Assembly: GCF_009834535.1 (NCBI RefSeq)
Contig: NC_045697.1
Span: forward strand, 5,520,001 to 5,584,000
Direction: 5' to 3'
Source: Camelus ferus
Lineage: Eukaryota
DNA: 64,000 nucleotides
The notes beneath the pieces were generated by a model. It had not been told where the DNA came from. It saw nothing but the letters and a program-made list of their open reading frames with translations, and did not search any database. Each line of letters opens with the position of its first letter. The stretch's first letter is position 1. The position numbers and the translations under genes were made by a program. Shown piece by piece: positions 1 through 12,100 of the stretch.

Positions 1-65
1 CATTTTCATATTCTTTTTCACCATAAGCTACTACAAGATACTGAATATATTTCCCTGTGCTATAA
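1..65 (-). mobile_element. L1 3'UTR fragment (cetartiodactyl/camelid type), cut by window edge
   Basis: tattctttttcaccataagctactacaagatactgaatatatttccctgtgctata matches the L1 3' end at 38200-38270. Confidence 0.75.
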
Positions 66-951
66 ATTTTAAATTAATTTTTAAATTAATTTTTAAAATT
101 ATGTGTTAAGCCAACTTTGGAGTCCGCTTGTCATCTCTGACTTTTTTTTTTAATCTCTGACTTCTTTAAGATGTCAGTTAGACCTAATTCTAAAATGTTT
201 TTTTCCTCCTCAATTTATATATTCTATTTATTTGAGAAACCCTCTCTTTCTGTGTCTATTTTAGGGTGATTTCTAGGGAATCAATAGACCAACAAATAAT
301 ATGGCTGTTTTCTGTTTTTTCATAGAAATGCTCCCATTCGATACACCTCTCATTTGTGTTTGCATTATGATGTAAACACAAACCCCCAGACCTCCCCTGA
401 CAAATTCCAGGGCTCAGTGGGAACACAGCATGATGTACAATTAGCTTTAAATCATCGTAAATACCTCCTAACTCGATTAGCTCCAGGCCCAAGATGCTAT
501 CTGCTGGGGGAGATATCTCAGAGCTTAGGGAATCCTCTGCAGAAAAACACTCCCACTAAGAGCCACCCCAGAGTCACAGGCAGCCGCCTCACCAACCCAC
601 CTGCTTGGTAAAGAGTGAAAGTAGAGGCTGCACGTTGGTGAAACCGACACTCCGTTTTGACAATCGAACATGCTTCCGTAACACGGTGGAGACTGAGCGG
701 TGAGTGGAGAGAGGGGAGTTTACTCTCCACTGAAAAGGTTCGGTGGAGAATTTCAGTGAGACCAGGGGCCAGGGGTAGGGAGCTGGGTGATGGCTTAGAA
801 CTAATAATAGCCAACTCAGATAGCCCTGGCAGAATAAAAGGCAGAGAGAGACAGATCCTTAGATACCCTTATCTTTGTATTCTGGCATTGGTTTGTTATT
901 GGAAACAAATATGGGAATAGCTCCTAGGAATTCAGAACAGGAAATAACAAG

Positions 952-1128
952 ACGGATGATGGATGGATGGATGGATGGATGGATAGGTGAGTGGGTTGGT
1001 AGATGCATGGATGGATAGATGGGTGGATAGACAAGTAGACAGGTGAGAGGGTAGGTAGACAGGTGAACAGGTGGATGGGTGGATATACAGGTGGGTGGGT
1101 ATGGGGATGAGTGGATAGGTGGGTAAAC
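952..1128. repeat. (GGAT)n microsatellite decaying into GGTG/GTAG-rich simple repeat
   Basis: ggatggatggatgg run followed by degenerate units. Confidence 0.9.
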
Positions 1129-1329
1129 AGAATAAGCCTTTTCCCATTTTTATATGTAAGTTCATTATAGCAGTCCCTCTTCAACATTCACAGATCTTTT
1201 ACTTTAAAAATTGCCATCAAGCACTGAATATAGTAAAACAGGGACTCTATGTCCACTGCTAGTGGACATATAAACTGGTACAGCATTTCCAGATGTAAAG
1301 CTTGTGGAGAATATTGAAAAGATTGGTGC

Positions 1330-1452
1330 ACAACGTTTACACTGGCGCTACAGTAGCCAAGAGGGGGAAGCAGCCCAAACAGGCCGACGGAGAAGCAAAA
1401 TGTGGTCCATACATACAACGGAAAATTCAGCCTTAAAAGGGAAGGAAGTTCT
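1330..1452 (+). mobile_element. L1MB-like 3' region, left part (continues at 2329)
   Basis: caaaatgtggtccatacatacaacggaaaattcagccttaaaagggaaggaagttct joins seamlessly to sequence after 2346. Confidence 0.7.
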
Positions 1453-2328
1453 TTTTTTAAACGATTTTTAATAGTTCAACTAAAAACAGAATAATATTGA
1501 TCAGACTTGCTGCCGATCTAATGCTGACCGCGGATCCTCCCCGTGGGAACACAGAGCAGCTGAGAGAGAACTGTTCTTCCATGAATGTGCTGGATTGGTA
1601 GAGCGTCACCCATGTGCCCTTTTCATTCCTTGTTGTGCCAAGGGCATGGCTTTGGTTTCTGTCTTGTTTTGTTTTTCCAGCTTTATTGAAGTATATTTGA
1701 CAAAGAACACTGTACATATTTAAAGTGATGATTTGATATGTATACATCTCAATTTAATTAACAAATCCTCACGTCACATGGCTACTTTTTACCTTTTGAC
1801 CAGCATCTCCCCATCTTTCCCACACACACACCTCCCCCCTCCCCAGCCCCTGGTAACCACCATTCAACACTCTGTTTCTGTAAGCTTAACTCTTTCCCCC
1901 CCCCCCCCCCGGATTCCATATATAAGTGATACCATACGGTATCTGTCTTTCTCTGCCTGGCTTGATTCACTTAGCATAATGCTCTCCAGTTTCATCCACC
2001 TTAATGCAAACAGCAGAATTTCCTTCTTTTTTGTGGCTGAATATTATTCCAGCGTGTGTGTACATATGTTTTCTTTATCCATTCATCCATCAATGGACAT
2101 TAAGTTGTTTCCACATGTTGGCTACTGTGAATAATTCTGCAATGAAATGGGGGTGCAGAGATCTGATAATCACTGCTTTTGTTTCAGATCTATACCTAGA
2201 AGTAGGATTGCTGGGTCTTACGATAGTTCTATTTTCAATATTTTGAGCAGTTTCCATACTGTCTTCCATAATGGCTATAGCAATTTACATTCCTGCCCAC
2301 AGTGTACACATGTTCTCTTTTCTCCACA
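1453..2328 (-). mobile_element. 5'-truncated L1 (L1MA-like 3' end, about 1670-2328) plus about 210 bp extra 3' sequence, bounded by a TSD
   Basis: Antisense L1 3'UTR motifs (ctttattgaagtata, gattccatatataagtga, cacttagcataatg, ggattgctggg). Direct repeats taaaagggaaggaagttct (1434-1452) and taaaaggaaggaaattct (2329-2346). Confidence 0.8.
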
Positions 2329-2696
2329 TAAAAGGAAGGAAATTCTGGTACGTGCTACAACATGGATGAACTTTGAGGACACTATGCTAAGTGAAGTAAG
2401 CCAGCACAAAAGGACAAACGCTATATGATTCTACTTACATGAGATACCAGAGTAGTCAAATCTATAGAGACAGAAAGTAGAGCGGCTGATTGCCAGGAGT
2501 AGGGTAGGGGGTAATGGGCATCAGTATTTAATGGACAGAGTTTCTGTTTGGGAAGATGAAAAAGTTCTCAGTGATGGTTGCATAACAATGTGAATTGCCT
2601 TAATGCCACTGAACTGTATGTACACTTAAAAAAAACAATTAAAATGATTTAACTTTCATGTTGATCTATATTTCCCCACAATTAAAAAATAAAAAG
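2329..2696 (+). mobile_element. L1MB-like 3' end, right part
   Basis: gctacaacatggatgaactttgaggacactatgctaagtgaagtaagccag...gagacagaaagtaga...gggaagatgaaaaagttct, ending in an A-rich tail. Confidence 0.85.
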
Positions 2697-2699
2697 ATT

Positions 2700-3135
2700 G
2701 ATGCTCTCTGACCCACAGTAAAGCTACTTAGAGCCATCAATCCTTAGGAAATACAGTAAAAGGCAGGCAAAAAATTATATGCAGTTATGTTCACCACCCG
2801 ATTATTTACTGGAAACAAACTAAATGTCCAGAAATTGAGGACTGGTTGAGAAATGATGGTACATCTATGTGAAAGATTATCATGCATCCATTAAAAATGA
2901 GATTTACAAAATTGTTTTAAAGAAATGGATAATATGTAAGATCATTTTTATATTATAAAAACAGAACACAAAATTGTATATGTAAATTATTAATAAGCTC
3001 ATGAAGAAAAAAAATAGCTAGAGAGACGACTATAAAGAAATTGGCCAAAACATGACTTCCAGCCCTCTGAGTAGTGGGATGATGGATAGCTTTTTGACTT
3101 TGTATGTGTTTATGTTCTCTCCAAATTTCCCACAG
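2700..3135 (+). mobile_element. Old L1ME-like 3' fragment
   Basis: ggaaacaaactaaatgtcca...gatggtacatctatg...cattaaaaatga degenerate L1 3' motifs. Confidence 0.55.
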
Positions 3136-3749
3136 CATTCACGTGTTCTGGTGGGTGGAGTTAGGCGATTGGATAGGAGCAAGAATTAAGGGTAATCTTC
3201 TCTCCCCTGGAGCAAAGTCATTTTCAGATTTACTTAGTGGTGAGGGAACTTGGTCTAAATTGACATCAGGATGGTGTATGCAGAGAAATACATTAGCGGC
3301 AACCAGAAAGGAAACTTCCAAAAGCGCGCGCAGGAGAGTGGGAGCCAGTGAGTGGAAGATGAGGTGGGCGTGGCAGTGACGGTGGTGGGCGTGACCTGAA
3401 GGATGTGGGCGTGGTCTGGAAGGAGGATGGGTGTGGTCCCGGCTGGTCTCCTGACAAGAGATGCTTTAGTGAGCACTTCAACAGACCTCAGAGAGTGAAA
3501 AATACAGATTCCTTTTCCTGGGGTGAACAAGCCAGGCAGGACATTTAAAGAAAGTCGAAGGAAAAGTGCTCAGGGAAGAGGCAGTGTCAATTAAGGGCTT
3601 TTCAGAACTAAATACATTATTGAAATAGCCAAGGGGGCTTTTTATACTAGGTTAGGATGAAGAACAGTTGTTCCGGGAAATGTTTTAAATGAGAGGACCA
3701 GACACAAACATTTTATTCCGGAAAGTTGCCCATTAGTTATTATTAAAAT

Positions 3750-3900
3750 TACTCATTAATTCTGCAAATACTTACTGACGCCTACTGTGCCAGCACTGCT
3801 CTGGGTTCTGGGGACACCTCCGTGAACAAAACAGACAAAATCCCTGCTCTCATGGCACTTACGTTCTAAGAGGAACAAATGACAATAAACGTCATAAACA
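3750..3900 (-). mobile_element. L2 3' end
   Basis: aaatacttactgacgcctactgtgccagcactgctctggg...gtgaacaaaacagacaaaatccctgctctcatgg. Confidence 0.8.
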
Positions 3901-5371
3901 TGGCCAAAGGAAGCTGTGCGCCTACTGCGTGCCACGTGCCATCCCCATGCTGCGGATGAAAAGACTCGAACATCTGTTGGCTCCCGCTCCACTACATCTT
4001 CGCCCCTGTCTGTAATGACCTCGCTGGACTCAGGGCAGCATGCAAATGATAAAGAGCCCGATACGTGGAACATTGCCCACAGCCTAATCCAGCGCCAGCA
4101 CAGGGCAGGCACACAGTGAACTTTTGCTGAATAAATCAGTGCATTGAAAGGTAGATGAATGAATGCATCAATTAATCAATTAATGACCACTTTCACTGGG
4201 AGGGTGGAAGGATGAGGGTTCTAGGAAGATAGCTGAACCAGGACAGAGGGGCTTGCCAGTATGAGGATCTACTATGTGCCTGGCACTCCCTGTCCATGTA
4301 AGACCCATCCCCGACCCTGAGCACTCAGAGTCACGGCCAAAGGTTACATGCCCTGCCCACAGTCCTACACGAGTATGTGGGGAACCAGGGCTCACATCCA
4401 GGTCTGTCTGCCCCTTCCAGTCCCCTCCTCCGGGAATCCCTGTGAAACTCCTGAGCTGCTAACTTCTTGAAAACACCATTGTTTTTTGCCCCAGGTAAGT
4501 GCCCCCTGGAGAATTTCCCCAGGAATCTAGCTGGGTTTGCCGCAATGGTGGCTCAGGGCGGTGCCTCAGCCTGGCTCTTTGTGTATCTTTATCTAACAAG
4601 TTCCTTCTAATTGGGATTGTTTGTGGGGGTTCTCCTCAGCCCTACAAATTGCTGTCAATAAATTCAGGGCCCGAGGCCGTCCTGGGGGCTGACTCGGTTT
4701 AAATCTCATCTCAGTTGGAAGTTGATAAGAAGGGCCTGAGGTCTTCTGGAGGGGCTGGAAGGTACTGGGAGCCTCGCAGGCCCCGCCCTGCCCCCACCCC
4801 TAAGCAGCCCTCCCTCTCCAGGCTCAGCTGACGGCAGGTATTTACTCTCCGGGACCTGGAGACGCTGTTCTTGTAATGACCTGATGGCTGGTGAGCCGCT
4901 GCTGTTTGGAGAGGCCATAAATTAAACCTGGAATTCCCAGGATAAACACCGTCAGGATTTATTCCTGTGGCTGCTCTCCAGAGCGCTGGCTTCAGGGCCA
5001 GCACCAGGCACGTTTTTTGCGGAGCCAGGGCGCAGGGAGGAGCCCCAGCCCCTCCTCAACACCAGAGAGAAGGCTCCCTCCCCAGTGAGTGGAAACGTCC
5101 GCTCTGGGAGGGAGGAGGGCGCTCTGAGGAGGCGGGACTTGGGAAGCAGCGTGGACTATTCCCCTGGTCCAGCTTCCCAGCAAAGGCTATCTTTCTGCCC
5201 CTTCTGCAGCAGGTCTTAGCTCCAGCAATGCCTGGTACAGTGCAAAGGACATGTTTTTGGAAGCGGGAGGTGGGCTTGGAGGCCCGCCGTGGGATACAGA
5301 GCAGCTTCCGCAGCTCCCTGAGCCTCGGGGTCTTCATCCATAAAGTGGGAGATCAGCCCACTCATGTGTGG

Positions 5372-5760
5372 GGTGTGTATGCGACAGCTTGGCCACCATA
5401 ACCAAATTCAAGACCCGGGCCACGCAAACAAGAGGGACTTACGTTCTCACAGTTCTGGAGGTGGAAGTCCGAGATCAAGATGTCAGCAGGGTTGGTACCT
5501 TCTGAGGCCTCTCTCTTTGGTGTGTAGATGCCCATCTCCTCCCTGTGTCCTCACGTGGTCACCCCTTTGTGCGCCTCTGTGTCCTCAACTCCTCTTCTCG
5601 TAAGGACACCAGTCCCGTTGGATTGGGCCCACCCGTGAGACCTCATTTTACCCTAATTAGCTCTTTAAAGACACTATCTCGAAATGCAGTCACATTCTGA
5701 GGTCCTGGGAGTTAAAGTGTCAACATGCGGATTTTGGGGGACACAGATCAGCCCATAGCA
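5372..5760 (-). mobile_element. MaLR solo LTR (MLT1B-like)
   Basis: ctcacagttctggagg...aaggacaccagtc...cagtcacattctgaggt...gggacacagatcagcccatagca. Confidence 0.9.
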
Positions 5761-6080
5761 GTACGCACGGAACTGACTTGTCTCCAGGGCCTTGGGTCAT
5801 CCTTCCTGAGAAGCTGCATCCACCAGATGCTCAGAGACACATCTCCTGTGAAAGGGAAAGAGGAACCCGTACATGCTGAGCACCGGCTACGCGTCAGACA
5901 GTGTGCTCCGGGCTTCCCGTACAGATCTTTGTGTGGAACCCGGTGTGTTAAGGGATTGTGCATGTTTGTGTGTGTGCATTTTGTTTCCTACTGGGAACTG
6001 GGGGTAGAAATTCTACCATGGGGGAGGGACTTACATGAGCTCTGGGGCCCCTAGAGTTTTGGAAAAGTGACTGTTGTTTA

Positions 6081-6590
6081 CACTTATTCATTCATCCAGT
6101 AAATTTAAACTGACTTTCTATTCTGGCCAGGCATTGTTTTGGGCAAACAACATGCAAAAATCTCTGTCCCAGTGGAGACTGCATTCTAGTGGAGGGAGAC
6201 AGATCATCAGTAGACATAGTAAGGGAGTCAGATAATAAGTTAGGGGAGCAGGTGCTGAGGGGAAACAGGGGCAGTGCCTCCCAAAGGGGCAGGGGGAAGC
6301 CATACTGTCAATATAAGGTAGTCCTGACAGGAGATGAGCTGAGCAAGGATTTGAAGGAGGGAAGGGAGTTAGCTGTGCAGATGTTCAAAGGAAGTATATT
6401 CCTGGCACAGGGAACAGCCAGTGCAAAGGCCCTGTGGCTGGTGTGATAGGCGCAGTGGAGGCCAGTGGGGCTGGACAGTCAGCACAGGGGAGTTGAGGGA
6501 GAAGAGGCCAGAAGTTAATGAGGCCCATGTCAGGTCAGGCTCTATGGCCTTGCTTTTTCCCTCAGGGAAATGGGAGTTGTTGGAGGGTGA
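6081..6590 (-). mobile_element. L2 3' region
   Basis: ttattcattcatccagtaaat...gccaggcattg...ggcacagggaacagccagtgcaaaggccctg. Confidence 0.75.
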
Positions 6591-6907
6591 GAATTAGTGA
6601 GAGGAAGAATCAGGGTGAATTCAGGAAAACCATGGGATGAAATACCACTTCAAGCAACCCCCCATGACCCAGACCATGGGCTGGCAGATCAACGAGAGCT
6701 GGCTGCAGGCAATGTCAGGTCTCTGACCCCCAACTCCTGGGGAAGCCAGGTGCCAATTTCCCAGCTGGAACATCAGCATTTAAGATCTCACGCAGTATAA
6801 AATGGTATCAACCATTAGGAATGGCGGTATTGATGTGGGTGAGCACAGAGAGTCCTGATAAATCATTTACTGGGAAAAAAAAAAAAAAAAAGCCCCAAAC
6901 CGCAGGT

Positions 6908-7110
6908 GGGAAGCAGCATAATAAGTGGTTAAACGTTGGGGTTCTGGAGGCTGACTGCTGGGTTCGAACCCCAAGGCTGCAGCTTGCCGTGTAGGCTCAG
7001 GCCTACTTCAGTCTGTGTGGCGTCACATGTATGGTCTCGTTCCTGCTTTGTAAAGGGGGATTTGCGCGTGCATGTACATCCCTGTGCACAGAACCGAAGG
7101 TGAGGAAGGA
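6908..7110 (+). mobile_element. MIR SINE
   Basis: gcagcataataagtggttaa...ctggaggctgactgctgggttcgaacccc. Confidence 0.65.
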
Positions 7111-7766
7111 TGCTTGCCAAACCACGGAGGAAGTCATCTGGGACGGAGGGTAACTAGGAATATGTTGGCCTCAGCCTCCTCTCGGCTTAGGGATTGCAGA
7201 GCCTCTGGAGCAACGGCCTCCCGGCTCCCTGACACACCCCACCCCCACCCCTGCCGCTGATCCTCTGGGAAGAGATAAGTAGGCTTCATTCTCCTGATGC
7301 TTCCAGGGAGAGGTGGGCAGTAAATGGCTGATTTACAGGAACTTTTCCAGCTACGAGGTCCCTAAGATCCAGCAGGATTGTTTCAGAGGACCTGAGGCTG
7401 TGGAGTCAGACGGGTGATGATGGGAGAGCCAGGCACAGATATGAAGCAGCCTGGGGCGGGAGGCGGGAGGCGGCCTCCATCAAGGCCCCCCCACCCCGTG
7501 CATGGGATAAGGACCCGGCGGCAGCGGAGAGAGGAAAGGCAGCCCTCCTAACCCCACCCAGAGCGGGAGCCGGCAGGCAGCGCCTTCAGCCCACCAGGCC
7601 GTGACTTCTAGGAGAAAGTGGGACATTGACAGGAGGAAAAGCGCACCAGGAATTGATTTTCTGTGTCTGGACCTCAGGACCCAGAAGGACACGTCCCCAG
7701 GAAGCCGTCTCAGACAGGAGCCACAGATCCTGGTGTGCGGCTCAGGCCAGGCATCCAAAAGCACGT

Positions 7767-8105
7767 GTGTTAGTGGCTGTCGTGTCCCTCCCCGAAGTCA
7801 TATGTGGGTGTCCTCACTCTCAACACCTCAAATGTGACTGTATTTGAAGGTAGGGTGTTTAAAGAGACATTTAAGGTTTGATAAGGTCACTGGGGTGGGC
7901 ACTGATCCAATCTGACTGGTGGCCACGTGAGAGGAGAGGGGGACATGGAGACAAGCAGAGGACAGCTCACGCGAGGGGCCAGGGGGAAGGTGCCGTCTAC
8001 GCCAGGCGAGGGGACTCAGGAGAAATCACTGCTGCCGACACCTTGCTCGTGGGCCTTCAGCCCCTGGAACTGTGAGAGAATACATTTCTGTTGTTTCAGC
8101 CACTC
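7767..8105 (+). mobile_element. MaLR solo LTR (MLT1B-like)
   Basis: aatgtgactgtatttgaaggtagggtgtttaaagag...gaactgtgagagaatacatttctgttgtttcagccac. Confidence 0.85.
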
Positions 8106-8114
8106 ATGCAGCGG

Positions 8115-8320
8115 CTAATTTTTAAAAATCGGGAGATGGCAAGCGGAAATCCAAATTTCCATGTCCTCTTTAAAACCAGAAGTTGTGCCTCCCTGGGCTC
8201 ATTCCCTCCGGGCTGCAGCTGGCGGCGACCGTCCCCTTCGACAGGCCATCGGCCCCGTCCAGCCTCACTCCCTGGCCCTTGTTTTCTGGCCCCAGTTGGC
8301 ATTTGTGTCTACAGCTCCTA
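8115..8320 (-). mobile_element. hAT-Charlie MITE (MER102-like) fragment
   Basis: tttaaaaatcgggagat...aaatccaaatttcc...ctggccccagttggcatttgtg resembles reverse-complemented MER102. Confidence 0.6.
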
Positions 8321-8444
8321 AATGTGACTGCTAATCCTGGACACAGGCCTTGGGACAGAGATTTTATTAAATGTAAAGGCCAAGGCCGTTCAGCTGGGGA
8401 CTTAGCGTCCCTGCTCCCTGCAGGTGCAGGAGAGTTGCTTTGAT

Positions 8445-8670
8445 CGGCAGTAATAATTTCCCTATTGTTGCTGTGAACCGGGCGCTTGTCATAGGCCCAC
8501 CGGTGCTGCTTGTGTTGTTCAATCCTCAAAACAACTCAATAAAAGCGTAGTGCTACCCCCATTTTACAGATGGGGAAACTGAGGCCCACACCCAGTAAGT
8601 GACGTGTCACAGGTACACTGCTGTGAAATGAGAGGACAGTCATTCAAGGCCACTTCTGTTTGATTTTCTC
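8445..8670 (-). mobile_element. MIR SINE
   Basis: ccccattttacagatggggaaactgaggc core. Confidence 0.85.
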
Positions 8671-9010
8671 ACCATGTTCTCCTTTGTAAAGAAGAGCTAC
8701 CTTTGACCTAAGGAAGTGGTCTGGGTGGGAGAAAGAAGCCGGAGGTGGGAGTCAGGAACCCTCCATTTAGGGAGGTCCCAGCTCGCAGTGAACATGGGTG
8801 CCCACAAGGCGCTGGCTGTCCTGCGTCCCATCGCCCCATCCACCCCAGAAGTGGCCACAACAATGACTTTGGGCTTCCGCTTACACGTTGATAAGGAGGA
8901 TCAGCTACAACCAGACATTTTCAAAAGGAAATACCTTTCCAAAGGGAAAAGTTTATTAGGGAAAGGATGTTATGCTGCAGCTCCCAAACCAAGCAAACCC
9001 AGAACAACAG

Positions 9011-9550
9011 TGTTGCAGGAAAATGGGACGCCAAAGGATGGCCATGCCCCAGGGCTCGGGCAAGTCCTTGGGACTCGCCCCATCAAGCGAGGGTCCTTGC
9101 CTTCACACAGGAAAGAATTCAAGAGCGAGTCACGGTGGAGTGAAGGCAGATTTATTCAGAGATGCACACTCCATAGACAGAGTGCGGGCCCCTCTGCAGG
9201 CGAGAGGGGGAGAGGTGGGAGGCCGCCAGGTGCAGGGTTGTTAATTTTTATGGGCTCGGTAATTTCATAGGCTAACAAGTGGAAGGACTAGTCCAGCTAT
9301 TTTGAGGAAGAGGTGGGGATTCCCAGGAATTGGGCCCCACCCACTTTATGACATGGTCGGCCTTGGCACGGTCGGGGCACCTGTGGGTGTGTCACTTCGT
9401 ATGCTAATGTATTACAATGAGCGTTTAATGAGGCTCCCATTCCACTGCGAGTTGACTCTTCCACCATCTTGGTTCTGACCAGTTAACCTGTCCTCAAAGG
9501 CTGTGTCATTCTTTTCATGGTTGTGCCCTGTCCCCTTCCCTCCTGTCTCA
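9011..9550 (-). mobile_element. ERV solo LTR (ERV1-like, lineage-specific); same family as 30053-30624
   Basis: TG...CA ends; minus strand begins tgagacaggagggaaggggacagggcacaacc...gaatgacacag and contains aaccaagatgg and aataaa; homologous to the 30 kb copy. Confidence 0.8.
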
Positions 9551-10164
9551 TTAGGAAAAACAAACTTGAATGTTAGTTTTTAATACAAAATAACCTGGGA
9601 ATGTTCAGGCTTTTTACATTGGGGCTTCTCTCTCCATTTCACAAACCAGCACCCCCCCCACACACACACCTCAACCCCTGGCCTCAGGACGTCACCGCCT
9701 AGCCTCCATACATGCAAATATAGGTAAACTCTAGCTGAACGGGTCGGGCAGGGGGCAGAGCGCCAGAGCCCAGGTGTGGCCCAGGTGTGGGCCTCTCTGG
9801 GCCTCAGCTTCCTCACCTGTAAAATGGAGCTCTTGCCTGCTGTGAGAAGGTTCCTTCTGATTCTACAAGCTCAAAGCCCCTTTCTGAGCCAGGATGCTGT
9901 GGTTTTCCTGACAGTTCAAGAGCCACAAGGGAGGGTCATTGGAAGCCAAGTGTCCTCCCGGGTGACCAAGCGCAGGACACTCCTGGTGTGTGAGTAGGGT
10001 TCCCGGCGGGAATAGAGAGGGCCTTCCTCGACTTTCTAGGAGGGAGGGTCACTCTGTGGTCTGGCAGGACACCTGTCCTGTGCTGCCCCTAAACCCAGCA
10101 TGAGCTACCACGGCTGCCTTCCTGAAGTTCCAGGAATCTGCCCGCACTGGTTCACCCACCATGA

Positions 10165-10310
10165 TAACAATGAAGACCTCTAACGTGTATTGAGTGCTCA
10201 CTAGAGTGAACCCCCACTTCACAAAGCAGGACACTGAGGTGCAGCAAGGTCACACGGCTGGTGAGTGACAGGGCCAGGATTTGAACCCAGACACTCTGGC
10301 CCCAGTGCCT
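10165..10310 (-). mobile_element. MIR SINE
   Basis: aaggtcacacggctggtgagtgacagggccaggatttgaacccagac. Confidence 0.8.
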
Positions 10311-10869
10311 GCACTTGGGCTCTGGCTAGGGTACTGTCTTCTGCCCCATCTACTTAGGGATCCCTTAAGCTCAAGTCCAAGGCCAACCTCCTGTCAGAAG
10401 CCTCTCCTGGCCACCTTCTAACCACAACAAAATGAGAATCTAGCCCTCTTTGTGCCGCTCTGTAGCCCCGGGCACCCACGCCCACACACCAGGCACTTTA
10501 CATCCCTGCTGGCTGCCCCCACAGCACACGAGCAAGGTGGCCATTGTCATCGCTGTTTAACGATGAGGTCCTGAGGCTCAGGACATTTAAGTAACTCAAC
10601 CAGGCTGCAATGCTGATGAGTGCTGGACGCAGGATTTGAACTCATGTCCACTGGACTTCAGAGCTCCTGGGTTTCCACTTACCTCTCAAACACAGCAGCT
10701 GTCACTTGTCACCCTGACGTGCAGTTCTGCCTTTACAGGGCTGCCTCTGGGGTGGGGCTCATACCTGACACATCCCTGATGCCAGGAGCCAGCCCTGGGT
10801 CTGGAAGGAGCTGGCTCTCAGGACCCGGGTGCCAGTTGCCCATGGCAGGGGTGTGGATTGGGAAGATGC

Positions 10870-11300
10870 TTCATTCCCCTGACACACATTTATGAATGCC
10901 TGCAAGAGGCCGGGTGCTGTTCTAGCCACTGGGGAAACAGTGGAGAACAAAATAGAAATGTTCCTGCCCTCATGAAGCTTGAATTCTACTGGGCAGAGAC
11001 AAACAACCAAAAAAAAAAAGTCCAGTGTCAGCTGGACGGTCGTGAGTTCTGTGAAGAGAAAGACAGCAGTGGGGGTGATGGAGACAGCGGTGGGGCTCAC
11101 TGTTTCATATCGGGTGATCAGGGAAGGCCTTCTGGTCAGAGGATGTTTGAGCAGAGACTTGAAGGAAGGGAGAAACTGGGGAGGTGGGGAGATCCAGGTG
11201 GAGAACAGCAGATGTGAAGGCTGAATGAAGATGGAGCTGGCTACTGGATCAGACGAAGGGGGCGGAGCCAGGCTCCAGCGATGCCCAGCAGTGCAGGGGA
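10870..11300 (-). mobile_element. L2 3' region
   Basis: acatttatgaatgcctgc...cctgccctcatgaagcttgaattctactggg...gatcagggaaggccttct...tttgagcagagacttgaagga. Confidence 0.8.
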
Positions 11301-11934
11301 AAAAGGAGGCCACCAGACGAGGTCTGATGATAAAGTGAGGCAGGTTTCTCCAACCAGGGACATTGGGGGGCATTGACAAGCCTTCTGGCAGCGCAGGTAT
11401 GGAAGAGCACACATGGTACCCCTAAGCGTATGTGACCCCAAAAAGAACATCCAGGATAAACATTCCCCAGAAAATGTGTTGGAAGGCTGGAGAGCGATTT
11501 GCTGCAGGGGCTGTGTTCTGAGCTTGAAAGGAGAATGTGTCCTGACACCCTTGAGATGTGATCCTGGAGGAAACAGACACGATCTCCTGGTAGGTGCTCC
11601 CCACAGCTGCCCTGGGAGGTGACGAGGTGAAAAAAAAACCCTGTGGGAACGTTGGCAAGTGTCTCAACCTCTCCAAGCCTCTACTTGAGATTGCTTCCTG
11701 CCCTGGAGTTTTGCGAGAACTAAATGACTCAACTTGTGGGGAAAGGTCAACCGTGAAGTGCTGAATAATTCTGAGTCATCAAGTCTCTTAACAACGGTTT
11801 AAGACATTAACTGTCCCAAAATACACTTGCATGTCAACAGGGGCCTTCCTGAAAGGCAAAACCTGAGTCAAAAGAGTGGTATTAAGGATAAAAATACTGA
11901 CTCGCCCCCAAAGGCACAAATAAGGATGAATAAT

Positions 11935-12100
11935 AAAAACAACAACAACAAAAGCGAAGATTTACCACTCATCTCTGCCATTTGCCTTTTACAAATATTA
12001 CCTCTTTTAGTGGTGACCCTATGGGATAGACATATTATTTTACAGATGGGGAAACCAAGCCTCAGAGAGGTTAAGTAATCTGCCCAAGGACACACAGCAG
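11935..12100 (-). mobile_element. MIR SINE
   Basis: attttacagatggggaaaccaagcctcagagaggttaagtaatctgcccaaggacacacagc. Confidence 0.85.
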
